A stretch of 64,000 nucleotides of DNA from the human T2T-CHM13v2.0 reference genome, Homo sapiens. The stretch lies in NCBI RefSeq assembly GCF_009914755.1, contig NC_060929.1. One strand, 5' to 3'. Made by a program: the position numbers and the translations under genes. Numbering within the stretch: position 1 is the stretch's first letter; each line of letters starts with the position of its first letter. Shown one piece after another: positions 14,040 to 26,894 of the stretch. Under the pieces are notes generated by a model that worked only from the letters and a program-made list of their open reading frames with translations, was not told the origin of the DNA and did not search any database.

Positions 14040-15108
14040 GTTGCACATCTTGTTTTTAAAATATTTATACTAGGGGGCCAAGAGGGCTGATTAGAAGCAG
14101 TTGAGGTGTGTGGCACTCATGAGAGGGATAAAAGAGGTGAGTGAATACAGCATCTTCAACTGAAATATCCAAGTACTCTCATTGGGACTGATCAGGAAAA
14201 CAACTCCACCCATGAAGAGTGAAGAAAAGCAGGGTGGGGCAACGGCCCCCCCAAAAGCAACATGGAGCCAAGGGAACCCCCACCCCCAGCCAAGGGAAGT
14301 GGTGAGTGAATGTGCGACCCTGGGAAACCATGCCTCTCCCACAGATCTTTGCAATGGTCAGACCAGGAGATCCCCCCATGAGCCCATGCCACCAGGGCCT
14401 TGGGTCCAACACATAGAGCTGTGTGGAGTCTCAGCAGAGCAGCTGCTCAGGCATACACAGAGACTCAGGAGCTTTACATACTTCAACCCTGGGAGCCCCA
14501 ACAAAGGTGACTGCAAGTCAGGCAAGGTAGGAGGTACATTCATACCCTTAGGAAGGGGGCTAAATCCAGGGGGCCAAGCAACATCAGTCTGTGGACCAGC
14601 AGCATCAGTCTGTGGGCCCCACTTCCATAGCACCTCATAAGATAAGACCTATTGGCTTAGAATCCTAGCCAGCCACTGGCAACAGGGTGGAGCCTTCCTG
14701 AGATGGGACACAGCCCCTGGGCAGAGGGGTGGGCCAAGATCTTTGTTGTTTGGACAACTTAGCCATTCCAACCTGCAGGCTTTAGAAAGTCCAAACGGTC
14801 CAGATGAGGAAGGGTCCCGCCAGCACAGCACAGTGATTTTTCCAGAACCTGGCCAGACTGCTTTCTTTAAGTGGGATCCCTATCCATTCTTCCTCACTGG
14901 GTGAGATCTCCCAGCAGGGGCCTCTAGCCACCCCCACCTGCCCACATACTTCGGACAGAGCTCTGATTGTTGCCTGGGATGGAGTGCGGGCAGTGGTGGG
15001 GGAGGGTCGGGCTACCATCTTTGTTGTTTGGACGAATCAGTTGTTCCAGCTCATGGGGTTTGGAGAGCCCAAGCAGACTGGGGAAAAGGTGGTTTCCCAG
15101 CTTGGCAT

Positions 15109-16667
15109 CCAAATCTCATGCCCTCACATTTCAAAACCAATCATGTCTTCCCAACAGTCCCCCAAGTTTTAACTCATTTCAGCATTAACTCAAAAGTCCA
15201 CAGTTCAAAGTTTCATCCAAGACAAGGCAAGTTCCTTCCACCTATGAGCCTGTAAAATCAAAAGCAAGCTAGTTACTTCCTAGATACAACGGGGATACAG
15301 GCATTGGGCAAATACAGCCATTCCAAATTGGAGAAATTGGCCAAAGCAAAGGGGCTGCAGGCCCCATGCAAGTCCAAAATCCAGCAGGGCAGTCAAATCT
15401 TAAAGCTCCAAAATGATCTCCTTTGACTCCATGTCTCACATCCAGGTTACGCTGATGCAAGAGGTGGGATCCCATGGCCTTGGGTGGCTCTACCTCTGTG
15501 GATTTGCAGGGTATAGTCCCCCTCCTGGCTGCTTTCATGGCCTGGCGTTGAGTGTCTGTGGCTTTTCCAGGCACATGGTGCAAGATGTCAGTGGATCTAC
15601 CATTCTGGGGTCTGGAAGACGGTGGCCATCTTCTTACAGCTTCACTAGGCTGTGCCCCAGTAGGGACTCTGTGTGGGAGCTCCAGCCCCACATGTCCCTT
15701 CCACACTGCCCTAGCAGAGGTTCACTTTGAGGGCCCCAGCCCTGTCGCAAACTTCTTTCTGGGTATCCAGGCATTTCCATACATCTTCTGAAATCTAGGC
15801 GGAGATCTCCAAACATCAATTCTTAACTTCTGTGCACCCACAGGCTCAACACCATGTGGAAGCTGCCAAAGCTTGGGGCTTCCACCCTCTGAAGCAACAG
15901 CCTGAGCTGTACCTTGGCTCCTTTTAGCCATGGCTGGGGTGGCTGGGACGCAGGGCACCAAGTCCCTAGGCTACACACAGCATGAGGACCCTGGGCCTGG
16001 CCTATGAAGCCATTTTTTCCTCCTAGGCTTCCAGACCTGTGATGGAAGTGGCTTCCGTGAAGGTAACTGACATGCCCTGAAGACGTTTTCCCCATTGTCT
16101 TGGGGATTAACATTCGGCTCCCTGTTATTTATGCAAATTTCTGCAGCCAGCTTGAATTTCTCTTCAGAAAATTGGATTTTCTTTTCTATCACATTGTCAG
16201 GCTGCAAATTTTGTGAATTTTTATGCTCTGCTTCTCTTATAAAATGGAATGCCTTTAACAGCACCCAAGTCACTTCTTGAATGCTTTGCTGCTTAGAAAT
16301 TTCTTCTGCAAGATACCCTAAACCATCTCTTTCAAGTTCAAAGTTCCACAAGTCTCTATGGAAGGGGCAAAATGCAGCCAGTCTCTTTGCTAAAACATAA
16401 CAAGAGTCACCTTTGCTCCAGTTCCCAGCAAGTTCCTCATCTCCATCTGAGACCACCTTAGCCTGAATTTCATTGTCCATATCATTATCAGCATTTTGGT
16501 CAAAGCCATTCAACAAGTCTATAGGGTGTTCCAAACTTTTTACATTTTCCTGTCTTCTTTTGAGCCCTCCAAACTGCTCCAACCTCTGCCTGTTCTCAGT
16601 TCCAAAGTCACTTCCACATTTGCAGGTATCTTTTCAGCAACACCCCATTCTACTGGCACCAATTTAC
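15109..16667 (-). mobile_element. THE1 (MaLR) internal region, nearly complete
   Basis: Typical THE1-int sequence. It starts 'gtaaattggtgccagtagaatgggg' on the minus strand next to the LTR and carries the MaLR ORF remnant. Confidence 0.92.
15971..16582 (-). pseudogene. MaLR internal ORF remnant (stop-free for 203 codons)
   Basis: Peptide DLLNGFDQNADNDMDNEIQAKVVSDGDEELAGNWSKGDSCYVLAKRLAAFCP...LWNFELERD.LGYLAEEISKQQSIQ is the recognisable THE1/MST internal ORF. Confidence 0.85.
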
Positions 16668-16996
16668 TGTACTAGTCTGTTTTCATGCTGCTGATAAAGA
16701 CATATCAGAGACTGGGAAGAAGATAGGTTTAATGTGAGGCTAGGGAGGCCTCACAATCATGGTGGAAGGCAAGGAGGAGCAAGTCACATTTTACATGGAT
16801 GGTGGCAGGAAAAGAGAGAGCTTTTGCAGGGAAACTCCCATTTGAAACGATCAGATCTCTTGAGGCTTATTCACTATCATGAGAACAGCACAGGAAAGAT
16901 CCAGCCCCATAATTCAATTGCCTCCCATGTGGTCCCTCCCACAACACATGGGAATTCAAGATGAGGTTTTGGTGGGGACACAGCCCAATCATATCA
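16668..16996 (-). mobile_element. THE1 5' LTR
   Basis: 'tgtactagtctgttttcatgctgctgataaagac...ggggacacagcccaatcatatca'; TG/CA termini; abuts the internal region. Confidence 0.93.
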
Positions 16997-17795
16997 AGCC
17001 GACAGCCAAAATAGCCAGTATAGAGAGGAACATAGCTGCCCTAATAGGCCTGAAAAACACACTGCAAGAATTTCACAATGCAATCACAAGTACTAATAGA
17101 ATAGATGAAGCAGAGGAAAGAATCACAGAGCTTGAAGACTGTCTTTCTGATAAGACAGGCAGACAAGAATAGAGGAAAAAGAATGAAAAGGAATAATAAA
17201 CCCTCCTAGAAATATGGGATTTTGTAAAGAGACCAAACCTACAACTGATTGGGGTACCTGAAAGAAACGGGAAGAATGGAACCAATTTGGAAAACCTATT
17301 TCAGGATATCCTCCAGGAGATTTTTTTCAACCTAGCTAGACAGGCCAACATTCAAATTCAGGAAATGCAGAGAACCCCAGGAAGATACTGCATGAGAAGA
17401 TTACCCCAAGACACATAATAATTAGATTATTCAAGGTTGAAATGAAAGAAAAAATGTTAAGGACAGGCAGAGGGAAAGGCCAGGTCACCAACAAAGGAAA
17501 GGCCATCAGACTAACAGCAGACATCTCAGTGGAAATTCTGCAAGCCAGAAGAGATTGGGGGCCAATATTAAACATTCTTAAGTAAAAGAAATTCTAACCC
17601 AGAATTTCACATCTGGTCATACAAAGCCTCAAAAGAAAAGGAGAAATAAGATCCTTTTCAGACAAGCAAGTGCTGAGGGAACTTGTTACCATTAGACCTG
17701 CCTTACAAGAACTCCTGAAGGAAGCACTTCAGGAAATGGAAGTGAATATGGAAAGGAAAAACTGATACTAGCCACTGCAAAAACACACTGAGGTA
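16997..17795 (+). pseudogene. L1 ORF1p remnant (N-terminus missing, disrupted)
   Basis: Coiled-coil-type peptide LKNTLQEFHNAITSTNRIDEAEERITELED followed by typical ORF1 DNA with stops and frameshifts. Confidence 0.85.
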
Positions 17796-17857
17796 CACAG
17801 ACCAGTGATACTACGAAGCAACCACATAACTCTGCAAAATAACCAGCTTGCATCATG

Positions 17858-20800
17858 ATGACAGGATCAAATCCACACATAACAATGCTAACTTTAAAAG
17901 TAAATAGGCTAAATGCCCCAATTAAAAGACACAGAGTGGCAAGCTGGATAAAGAACCAAGACCCTTCAGTATGTTGTCTTCAAGAGCCCCATCTCACATG
18001 CAAAGACACACATGAGCTCAAATAAAGGGATGGAGGAAAATTTACCAAGCAAATGAAAAACAGAAAAAAGCAAGGGTCATAAATCTAGTTTCTGAGAAAA
18101 CAGAGTTTAACAAAGATGAAAAAAGACAAACAAGGGCATTATGTAATGGTAAAGGGTTCAATTCAACAAGGAGAGCTAACTATCCTAAATATATATGCAC
18201 CTAACACAGGAGCACCCAGATTCATACAGCAAGTTCTTAGGGACCTTCAAAGAGACCTATACTCCCACACAGTAATAGTGGGAAACTTTAACACTCCATT
18301 GAAAATATTAGACAGATCACTGAGACAGAAAATTAACAAAAACATTTAGGACTTGAACTCAGCTCTGGTTCAAGTGGACCTGATAGATATCTACAGAACT
18401 CTTCACCCAAAAACAACAGAATATACATTACTCTCATATACATTACTCTCATTGCCACATGGCACTTACTCGAAAACTGATCACATAGTCAGAAGTAAAA
18501 CACTCCTCAGCAAATGCATAAGAACTGAAATAATAAAAAACAGTCTCTTGGACCAGAGCACACTCAAATTAGAACTTGAGATTAAGAAATTCACCCAAAA
18601 CCATACAACTATATGAAAATTGAACAACCTGCTCCTGATAGACTTTTGGGTAAATAATGAAATTAAGGCAGAAATCAATAAGTTCTTTGAAACCAATGAG
18701 AAGAAACATACAATGTACCAGAGTCTCTGGGACACAGCTGAAGCAGTGATAAAAGGAAAATTTACGGCACTAAATGCCCATATCAAAAAGCTAGAAAGAT
18801 CTAAAGTTAGCAACCTAAAATCACAAATATAAGAACTAGAGAACCAAGAGCAAACAAAACCCAAATCTAGCAGAAGTCAACAAATAACTTATATCAGAGC
18901 TGAACTGAAGGAGACAGAGACATGAAAAACCCTTCAAAAAATCAACAAATTCAGGAGTTGGATTTTTGAAAAAATTAATAAAATAGAACACTAGCTAGAC
19001 TAATAAAGAGGAAAAGAGAGATTTAAATAAACACAATCGGAAATGATAAGGGGGATATTACCATTGGCCCCACAGAAATACAAACAACCATCAGAGAATA
19101 TTATAAACACCTCTATGCATAAAAACTAGAAGATCTAAAATAAATGGATAAATTCCTGGACACATACACCCTCCCAAGGCTGAACCAGGAAGAAACTGAA
19201 TCCCTGACTAGACCAATAATGAGTTCTTAAATTGAGGCAATAATAAATAGCCTACCAACCAAAAAAAGCCCAGGACCAGATGCATTCACAGCTGAATTCT
19301 ACCAAAGGTACAAAGAGGAGCTGGTACCATTCCTACTGAAACTATTCCAAAAAATTGAAGAGGAGGGACTTCTCCCTAACTCATTCTATGAGGCTAGCAT
19401 CATCATGATACAAAAACCTGACAGAGATACAAAAAAAAAAAAAAGAAAAACTTCAGACCAATATTTTGGTGAACATCTATGCAAAAGTCCTTAACAAAAT
19501 ACTGGCAAACTGAATCCACCAGCACAACAAAAAGCTTATCCATCATGATCAAGTAGGCTTCATCCTTGAGATTTAAGTTTGGTTCAACATATGCAAATCA
19601 ATAAATGTGGTTCATCATATAAAAATAGCTAAAGACAAAAACCACATGATTATCTCAATAGATGCAGAAAGGCCTTCAATAATATTCAACATCCCTTCAT
19701 GTTAAAAACTCTCAATAAGCGAGGTTTGAAGGAACATACCTCAAAATAATAAGAGCCATATATGACAAACCCACAGCCAATATCATACTGAATAGGCAAA
19801 AGCTGGAAGCATTCCCCTTGAAAACCAGCACAAGACAAGGTTGCCCTTTCTCACCACTCCTATTCAGCCTAGTATTGGAAGTTCCGGCCAGGGCAATCAG
19901 GCAAGAGAAAAAAGTAAAATGTATTCCAATATGAAGAGAAGAAGTCAAACTATCTCTGTTTGCAGATGATATGATCTTATATCTAGAAAACTCCATCATC
20001 TTAGCCCAAAAGCTTCTTAAGCTGATAAGCGACTTTGGCAAAGTCTCAGGATACAAAATCAATGTGCAAAAATTGCTAGCATTCCTATACATGAACAACA
20101 GGCCAGTGGAGAGCTAAATCACAAATAAACTCCCATTCATAATTGCCACAAAAAGGCATAAAATACCTAGGAATACAGCTAACAAGGGAAGTGAAGGAGC
20201 TCTTCAGGAAGAACTACAAATCACTGCTCAAAGAAGTCAGAGATGACACAAAGAAATAGGAAAACATTCCATGCTCATGAATAGGAAGAATCAATATTGT
20301 GAAAATGGCCAGCCTGCCCAAAGCAATTTATAGATTCAAGGCTATTCCCATTAAACTACCATTGACATTCTTCACAGAATTAGAAAATACTAATTTAAAA
20401 TTAATATGAACCAAAAAAGAGACTGAATAGCCAAGGCAATCCTAAGCAAAAATAACAAAGCTGGAGGCATCACACTACCTGACTTCAAACTATACAACAG
20501 GGCTACAATAACCAAAAGAGCAAGGTACTGGTAGAAGAACAGACACATAGACCAATGGAACAGAATATAGGACTCAAAAATAAGACCGCACACCTACAAC
20601 CATCTGATCTTAGACAAATTTGACAAAACAAGCAATGGGGAAAATATTCCTTATGTAATAAGTGGAGCTGGAAGAACAGGCTAGCCTTATTCAGAAAATT
20701 GAAACTGGACCCCTCCTTACACCATATACAAAAATCAATTCAAGATGGATTAAAGTCTTAAATGTGAAACCCAAAACTGTAAAAACCCTAGTAGAAAACC

Positions 20801-21600
20801 TAGGCAATATCATTCAGGACATAGACAAGGACAAAGATTTTATGATGAAGATGCAAAAAGTAATTGCAACAGAAGCAAAAATTGACAAATGGGATTTAAT
20901 AAAACTAAAGAGCTTCTGCACAGCAAAAGAAACTATCAACAGAGTAAACAGACAACCTACAGAATGGGAGAAAATTTTTGAAATCTATGCATCTGACGAA
21001 GGTCTAGTATCCAACATCTATAAGGAAGTTAAACAAATTTACAAGAAAAAAAAATAACCCGGATAAAAAGTGGGCAAAGGACATGAACAAACACTTCTCA
21101 AAAGAAGACATACATATGGCCAATAAACATGAAAAAAAGCTCTACAACACTGAACGTTAGAGAAATGCAAATCAAAACCACAATGAGATACCATCTCACA
21201 CCAGGCAGAATGACTGTTATTAAAAAGTCAAAAAGCAACAGATGCTTGCAAGGTTGTGGAGAAAAAGGAACGCTTCTACTTTGTTGGTGGAAGTGTAAAT
21301 TTGTTCAACCATTGTGGATGACAGTATGGCAATTCCTCAAAGATCTAGAGGCAGAAATGCCATTCAACCCAGCAATCCCATTACTGGGCATATATCCAAA
21401 GGAATATAAATCGTTCTAGTATAAAGACATGTACATGCATATGTTCTGTGCAGCACTATTTACAATAGCAAAGACACACAATCAACCTAAACGCCCATCA
21501 ATTGTAGACTGGATAAAGAAAATGTGGTATATATACAACATGGAATACTATGTATAGCCTTAAAAGGGAATGAGATCATGTCCTTTGCAGGGACATAGAT
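17858..21600 (+). pseudogene. L1 ORF2p remnant (endonuclease, RT, C-terminal domain), many stops and frameshifts
   Basis: MTGSNPHIT start; EN motif LTILNIYAPNTGAPRFI; RT motif LFADDMI ('ctgtttgcagatgatatgatc' at about 19956); [19 protein letters not shown]. Confidence 0.92.
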
Positions 21601-22799
21601 GGATCTGGAGGCCATCCATGGATAACTTAGCAAACTAACACAGGAACAGAAAGCCAAATACTGCATGTTCTCACTTATAAGTGGAAGCTAAATGATAAGA
21701 ACACGTGGATACCATGGGGGAAACAGCATACACTGGGTCCTGTCTGAGGGTGAGGGGTTGGAGGAGGGAGAGGATAAGAAATAGCTAATGGATGTCGGGC
21801 TTAATACCTGGGTGATGGGATGAGCTGTGCAGCAAACTACCATGGCACGTGTTTACCTATGTAACAAACCTGCACTTACTGCACATGTACCACTGAACTT
21901 AAAATAAAAGTCGGAAATTTAAAAAATCATGTAAAATACTTATAAAAATATTCTTCTCAAGCCTAGTGTGTTTTATTTGTGTTATCTTACTTGCCACTTT
22001 TCAAAGATTGAAGTTTTGATTTAATTGCCCTATTTTAATTTACATATATTTAGTTCTATTTTTTAAAAGTGTAAATCATCTCTGGAGTACTACTTTGGAT
22101 GCACCTCAGTGAGTATTTTTATTGAATTCTAACTAGAATGTAATTTTATGTTTTTTTCTTTCACTCATACAGTATTTTTTAATGATTCAAAAATTTCCAA
22201 GGATGAAATGTTTAGGAAAATACCCTACATTTTGTTGCTTGTTTGTTCTTTAAAATGTAAATATACATGGAGAATGTAGCCAGCATAGTTCCTGTATTTC
22301 CAAATATGAAAGATTTTTTAGGCAGCCTGGTATTTTCTTAAACATTTCATCCTTGGAAATTTTTTAATCATTAAAAAATACTGTTTTGACATGCTGATAT
22401 TTAAGTTCGCTATTAAAATCTCCCCATAAGTCTGTTGGATTTCTATTCATTTAGCTATAGATTGAATCTCGCTGAACAGACTAATTCTTATTATTAAGCT
22501 CATTTTATTGGTACTATTATATTTATATTTTAAATTTTATTTAACATACATATAAGTTATTAATTTAAAGCAATATGTGTTATACAACTGTATGTGGAAT
22601 ATATATGTTTATATGTACATTTTATTAATAGTAACAAGATGAAAATAACAATAATGTGATATAAATATATTATGTATAACATATAATTTGATATAAATTG
22701 TATTATTGTTATGATTAAGCTAATTCTATTTCCTGTAGGAATTTGGGTTGGGATGGCTTTTGTTTGTTTAGTTAATTTTTTCTTTCCATGTTGTTACTC

Positions 22800-23173
22800 T
22801 GATATAGTTTGGCTCTGTGTCCCCACCCAAATCTCATCTTGAATTGTAATCTAAATGTAATCCCCACATGTCAAGGGAGGGTCCTGGTGGGAGATGATTG
22901 GATCTTGGGGGCAGTTTCCCCCATGCTGTTCTTGTGATAGTGAGTGAGTTCTCATGAGATCTGATGGGTTAAAAGTGTGTGGCTTCCTCCACTATCTCTC
23001 TCTTCTGCCACCAGTAAGGACGTGCCTTGCTTCCCTTTTGCCTTCTGCCATGATTGTAAGTTTCCTGAGACCTCCCCCGTCATGTGGAACTGTGAGTCAA
23101 TTAAACCTCTTTTCTTCATAAATTACCCAGTCTCAGGTAATTCTTTATAGCAGTGTGAGAACAGAATAATACG
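22800..23173 (+). mobile_element. MaLR solo LTR (THE1D/MSTA-like)
   Basis: 'tgatatagtttggctctgtgtccccacccaaatctcatc...'; perfect 5-bp TSD tactc at 22795-22799 and 23174-23178. Confidence 0.93.
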
Positions 23174-23879
23174 TACTCTGACTCAAATATTTGGTGTTCT
23201 TAGCTGTCTGTTCACCCTCTGAGATGAAGATTTGGATGGATAGCTTTGGCAACACTGCTTTGCAGCCCAGGGAAGAAGAGCTACCTGCACACAGATCACA
23301 CAGGGCCAGGCTTTGGTAGCTGTACTGGATGGGTGTGGGAGAGGGAAGAGGGCAGAGCCTGGCATCGGGAGCTTGTGAGCCTTGCATCATGGGAACTTCA
23401 GGAGCCTTGCAGCTCCAGCCCAGGACCCACTCCCAGGGCCTCCTGGGTCAGAACTGGCACTTTTTACCAACAGCCTGGAAATTAACTCTAGAGCCAGCTT
23501 TCTCTAAGGGTGAGGTTGGAGAGAAAACAGTTCTTCCTCAGCCATTTCCTCTTCAGTACCTGGCAGGCCCCATAGTCCATGCTTTCTCCCAGTGCCACTG
23601 GTTCCAGAATTTCTCCAGAAGAAATCATTGTTTTTGGAGCTGAGGTTACAATGTGGTGAGGTAGTAGGTTCTCAACTCTGTTAGCATTTGCTATCAATCC
23701 AACTGCTTTCTATGTTCCAGAATCTGCTGTTTTATTACACCACTGGCACCCCACTGACTTCCAATGTCTTATAGATTTACTTAGATAGTTCTTATTTTAT
23801 TTAAATAGGACTTGAAAAAAGAAAGTGATGACCATGCCTTTCATTATTTAAGCTACTAGAATTTAAAAACTCTTAATAT

Positions 23880-24050
23880 AGTGAGATTGCCTAGGTCCAA
23901 AATGAGGCTCCATCACTTTCTAAATGTATGATCTGGACAAATTAATGTGCCTCAGTTTCTTAATTTGTAAAATGTAGATAGTAGTACATAGTCCCTAGAA
24001 TTGTCATACAGAGGGCTACATTAGGATACTCCATAAATGCCAGCTGTTAT
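23880..24050 (+). mobile_element. MIR
   Basis: Core 'tgtgcctcagtttcttaatttgtaaaatg'. Confidence 0.7.
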
Positions 24051-24254
24051 TGTATGTCGTGTATTGTTAAACCTTAATATTTTAAAAGTTGTCCTTTACT
24101 TGTGATACCATATGCGTATGTGTGTGGAGATACAGAAGTATGTGTGTGTGCATGTGTGTGCATATTTATTTTTGTGCTTTTCAATAATAAAAGCTAGCAC
24201 TTACATCGTGCTCACCATCTGCCTTTTAAGCACCTCACCTATATTAATGCATCC

Positions 24255-24330
24255 TTCAGAAGAAGTCACAATGGAAATTAGAAAATATTTTGAACTGATA
24301 ATGAAAACACAACATGATAAAACTTATGGG
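24255..24330 (+). mobile_element. L1M ORF2 fragment
   Basis: Peptide EEVTMEIRKYFEL matches the post-endonuclease region of old L1 ORF2. Confidence 0.6.
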
Positions 24331-25079
24331 GCACTTTTTTCATTATGTTTCCTAATTAGCTATTGCTGGTGTCTTAAAAATGTTTTAGTTTCTGTTCATT
24401 TATTTTGAATTTAGTTTTAATACTGAGAAAAGCCTCAGGCAGAGGGCTTATGAGCTATTTCTTTATTGGGAATTACCATCCCAGGGAGCAGGAATGAGGT
24501 GCAGGGGGAGTGAGGGAGGCAGAGGAGATGGGAGAGTGGAGAAGGCAGAGCCTCGCTCACCACGTGTGGGCGTGGGCTACGGGGATAGCTTCTGCCATTA
24601 GGTCTGCTCAGTGGATGGGACCCACTTTGAGGAGCTGTATGAACTGCACTTTTAAGGGTGGTTTACAGAGGGGGTGTACACGGCAAGGAGAGAAGGGAGG
24701 GAAAAGAAGGGGAATATTTTATCTACCAGCTTCCATTTTCTTCCTTTGCTCTGGGATATCATCCCCTCAATTCCCAGCCTTGCAGAAATCCAGCTCAGTA
24801 AGGTCATTTCTAGGAACTTAGCCCCTCAAGTCCAAGCTGCCTCAGAAGTTTCTGAATTTTCCAGTGTATGCAGCTTTTCTGGTTGTTCACGCTGAGGCAT
24901 TGGTCAGTTATAAAGTACTCCATTGAGATCAAAAGTGAAAGCTCACCTCTAGGTTTTAATACGTGATTTTTTTCATTGCTTTTTTTTTTTTTTTTTTTTG
25001 CTAAATAATCAATACTTTTAGTTTAGCTTAAATCTTGACCTAAGAATCATTGAAGTATGTTGGCTTTTTTTAAAAAAAA

Positions 25080-25565
25080 ATAGTTTTCTATTGCTGCATA
25101 GAAAATTCTCTAAAACTTACTGGAATAAAACAATATTATCACACTGTTTTTGTGAGTTAGGAATCTAGACACAGCTCAGCAGGGAACCTCTGGCTCAGGG
25201 TCTCCCAGGCTGCAATTAAAGGAGATAGTCGGGACTGTAGTCACCTCAAGGTTCGAATGGGAATGGATTTACTTCCAAGCTCACTCATGTGGTTGCTGAT
25301 AGGATTCAGTTTTTCCTCAGAACCCTGGGCTGAGGGCCTCAGCTCCTCCCTGGGTATTGGCCTCAGGCTGCCTTCGGTTCCTTGCCACATGCTTCATCAG
25401 CACGACAACTCACCTCATACACCCAGCAAGCCAGAAAAGCCAGAGAGAGAGTGCAGCAGGAAGGAGCCGGTCTTCAGTGACCTCATGTCAGAAGTGGTGC
25501 CCCATCCCTTTTGCTGTATTCAGTCTGTTAGAAGTGAGTCCTTGGGTCTAGCCCATACTCAAGGC
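25080..25565 (-). mobile_element. MLT1 (D/E-like) MaLR LTR
   Basis: 'tagttttctattgctgcata...ttccaagctcactcatgtggttg...ggctgagggcctcag...ctagcccatactcaagg'. Confidence 0.75.
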
Positions 25566-25599
25566 TTTTTCTGTGACAGAAGACTTCCCCTTTGAACCG

Positions 25600-26005
25600 G
25601 GAAGAGCTCTTGTTCCTCTACAGAAAGTGGAAATGACAGGTGCCACCCTTTCATTGCCCGCCTAGCAGCTGGGATACAGTCACTTAATCTACACTTGCCC
25701 ACTTGAAGATACCACTGCAGACCGAAACGAAAGCCACTGATGAAGGAAGCATGGTGCAGCCGCATCCAAGCCCCAGAGTGCAGTGGAGATGTTCCAGATT
25801 CTGCATTCATTGTTCCTGTGGTCCTAACTGAACGCCTCTGTCCAATTATCTGCCTGGTTCCTGCCAACCTAGACTCCACACATGATTCTGCTGGGACCTT
25901 CTTGGAGACATTGTGAGCTAACCAATGGTTTCAAGTAAATTCCTTTTCTGGTTAAATTAGCCAGAGTTGTTTTCTGCAGCTTGCAGCTAAGAAATTTGAA
26001 TGCTG
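25600..26005 (+). mobile_element. ERVL LTR16-like LTR
   Basis: 3' end 'taaattccttttctggttaaattagccagagttgttttctgcagcttgcagctaaga'. Confidence 0.5.
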
Positions 26006-26894
26006 TAATGTTCTCATTAACGTGTTAACTCCATTTTTTCCCTAGTGTCTTTTTAAAGGTCAGCAGCTCTCCATCTCTGCACCCCATTCTCTGTTTTCAT
26101 TTTCTTTTTCTCATCTTTATCATATTTCTGTGATTTTTGTGCATTTGAAGCCATTTGTGATAGTCTTTCACCTAATATTTTAGTTTTTTGCAGTATCAAC
26201 TAGTCTTACAATGGCTACCTGACTTCTGTAACTTTATCTTCATATGGTTTTTAATCTTTCTTATTTCATCCAGTTATCTTTTTATTTCTTACTTACCCCT
26301 CAGATGTATGCCTATTCATGTAATCTTCACCACATCATCAATCTGTAATTTCATAGAATTCACTTACTCTTGAATTTTATTGAGCATGAAAGCAAACGTT
26401 TCTCCAAATTTTCTTGTTTTCCAATATAAATATTTTTAAATGTAGACTCTTATATCTTTAGTGCTATGTTCTTTCTCATATAAGATGCAGAATTGTTTCA
26501 AAGATCAACTGTTTTGAGGCTCAATTCTACTTGAGAATACTCACTGTCTATCTGATTGCTGCTAAAATCTTCTTCTGAGATGTAACCTAGAAAACGTGTT
26601 GGTATGTGTGGCCCCTAGCAAACATTTTTTTAAATGTGTATTAATTCTAAATTCTCAGGATAAATATAATATATGTATCCTTTATTGTTTTGACTCTCAG
26701 ACAGGAAACTTAAAGGTAGAATTGGTTGTTTATAAAATAGGTGAACCATATTTTGAAAATTCTACAGTGACTTGAATAAAGTCAACTGACAAAGAGCAAA
26801 CTGCCAAAACCAAACCAACCAAGCAAACAAATAAAAAACTGATAGTATTCATGTGGAGCTTAATGCCCTCAATTACATAAACATACAGTGCTTA

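Larger units (their letters stand above)
14073..21926 (+). mobile_element. Near full-length decayed L1 (older primate L1PA, roughly PA10-PA13), interrupted by THE1 at 15109-16996
   Basis: 5' UTR begins GGGGGCCAAGA; ORF1 3' part from 16997; ORF2 from about 17858; 3' UTR and A-rich tail; candidate TSD aaaata(t/c)ttata at 14058-14069 and 21933-21944. Confidence 0.93.

Noticed and set aside
13713-14043. 'aaagttg' as a TSD around a joint Alu-L1MA chimeric insertion
   Set aside because: The match is short, AT-rich and offset from the Alu tail; a deletion joining two separate elements explains it equally well.
14091-15255. Cluster of overlapping ORFs up to 152 aa
   Set aside because: They fall in the GC-richer L1 5' UTR, where chance ORFs are common; no recognisable protein.
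18116-21419. L1 ORF2 fragments as a functional retrotransposon
   Set aside because: Many stops and frameshifts, and ORF1 is truncated, so the element is dead.
24430-24850. Purine-rich segment, possibly an old ERVL LTR (also 42200-42530 and 54650-55800 as old repeats)
   Set aside because: Too degenerate to assign a family or boundaries without an HMM search.
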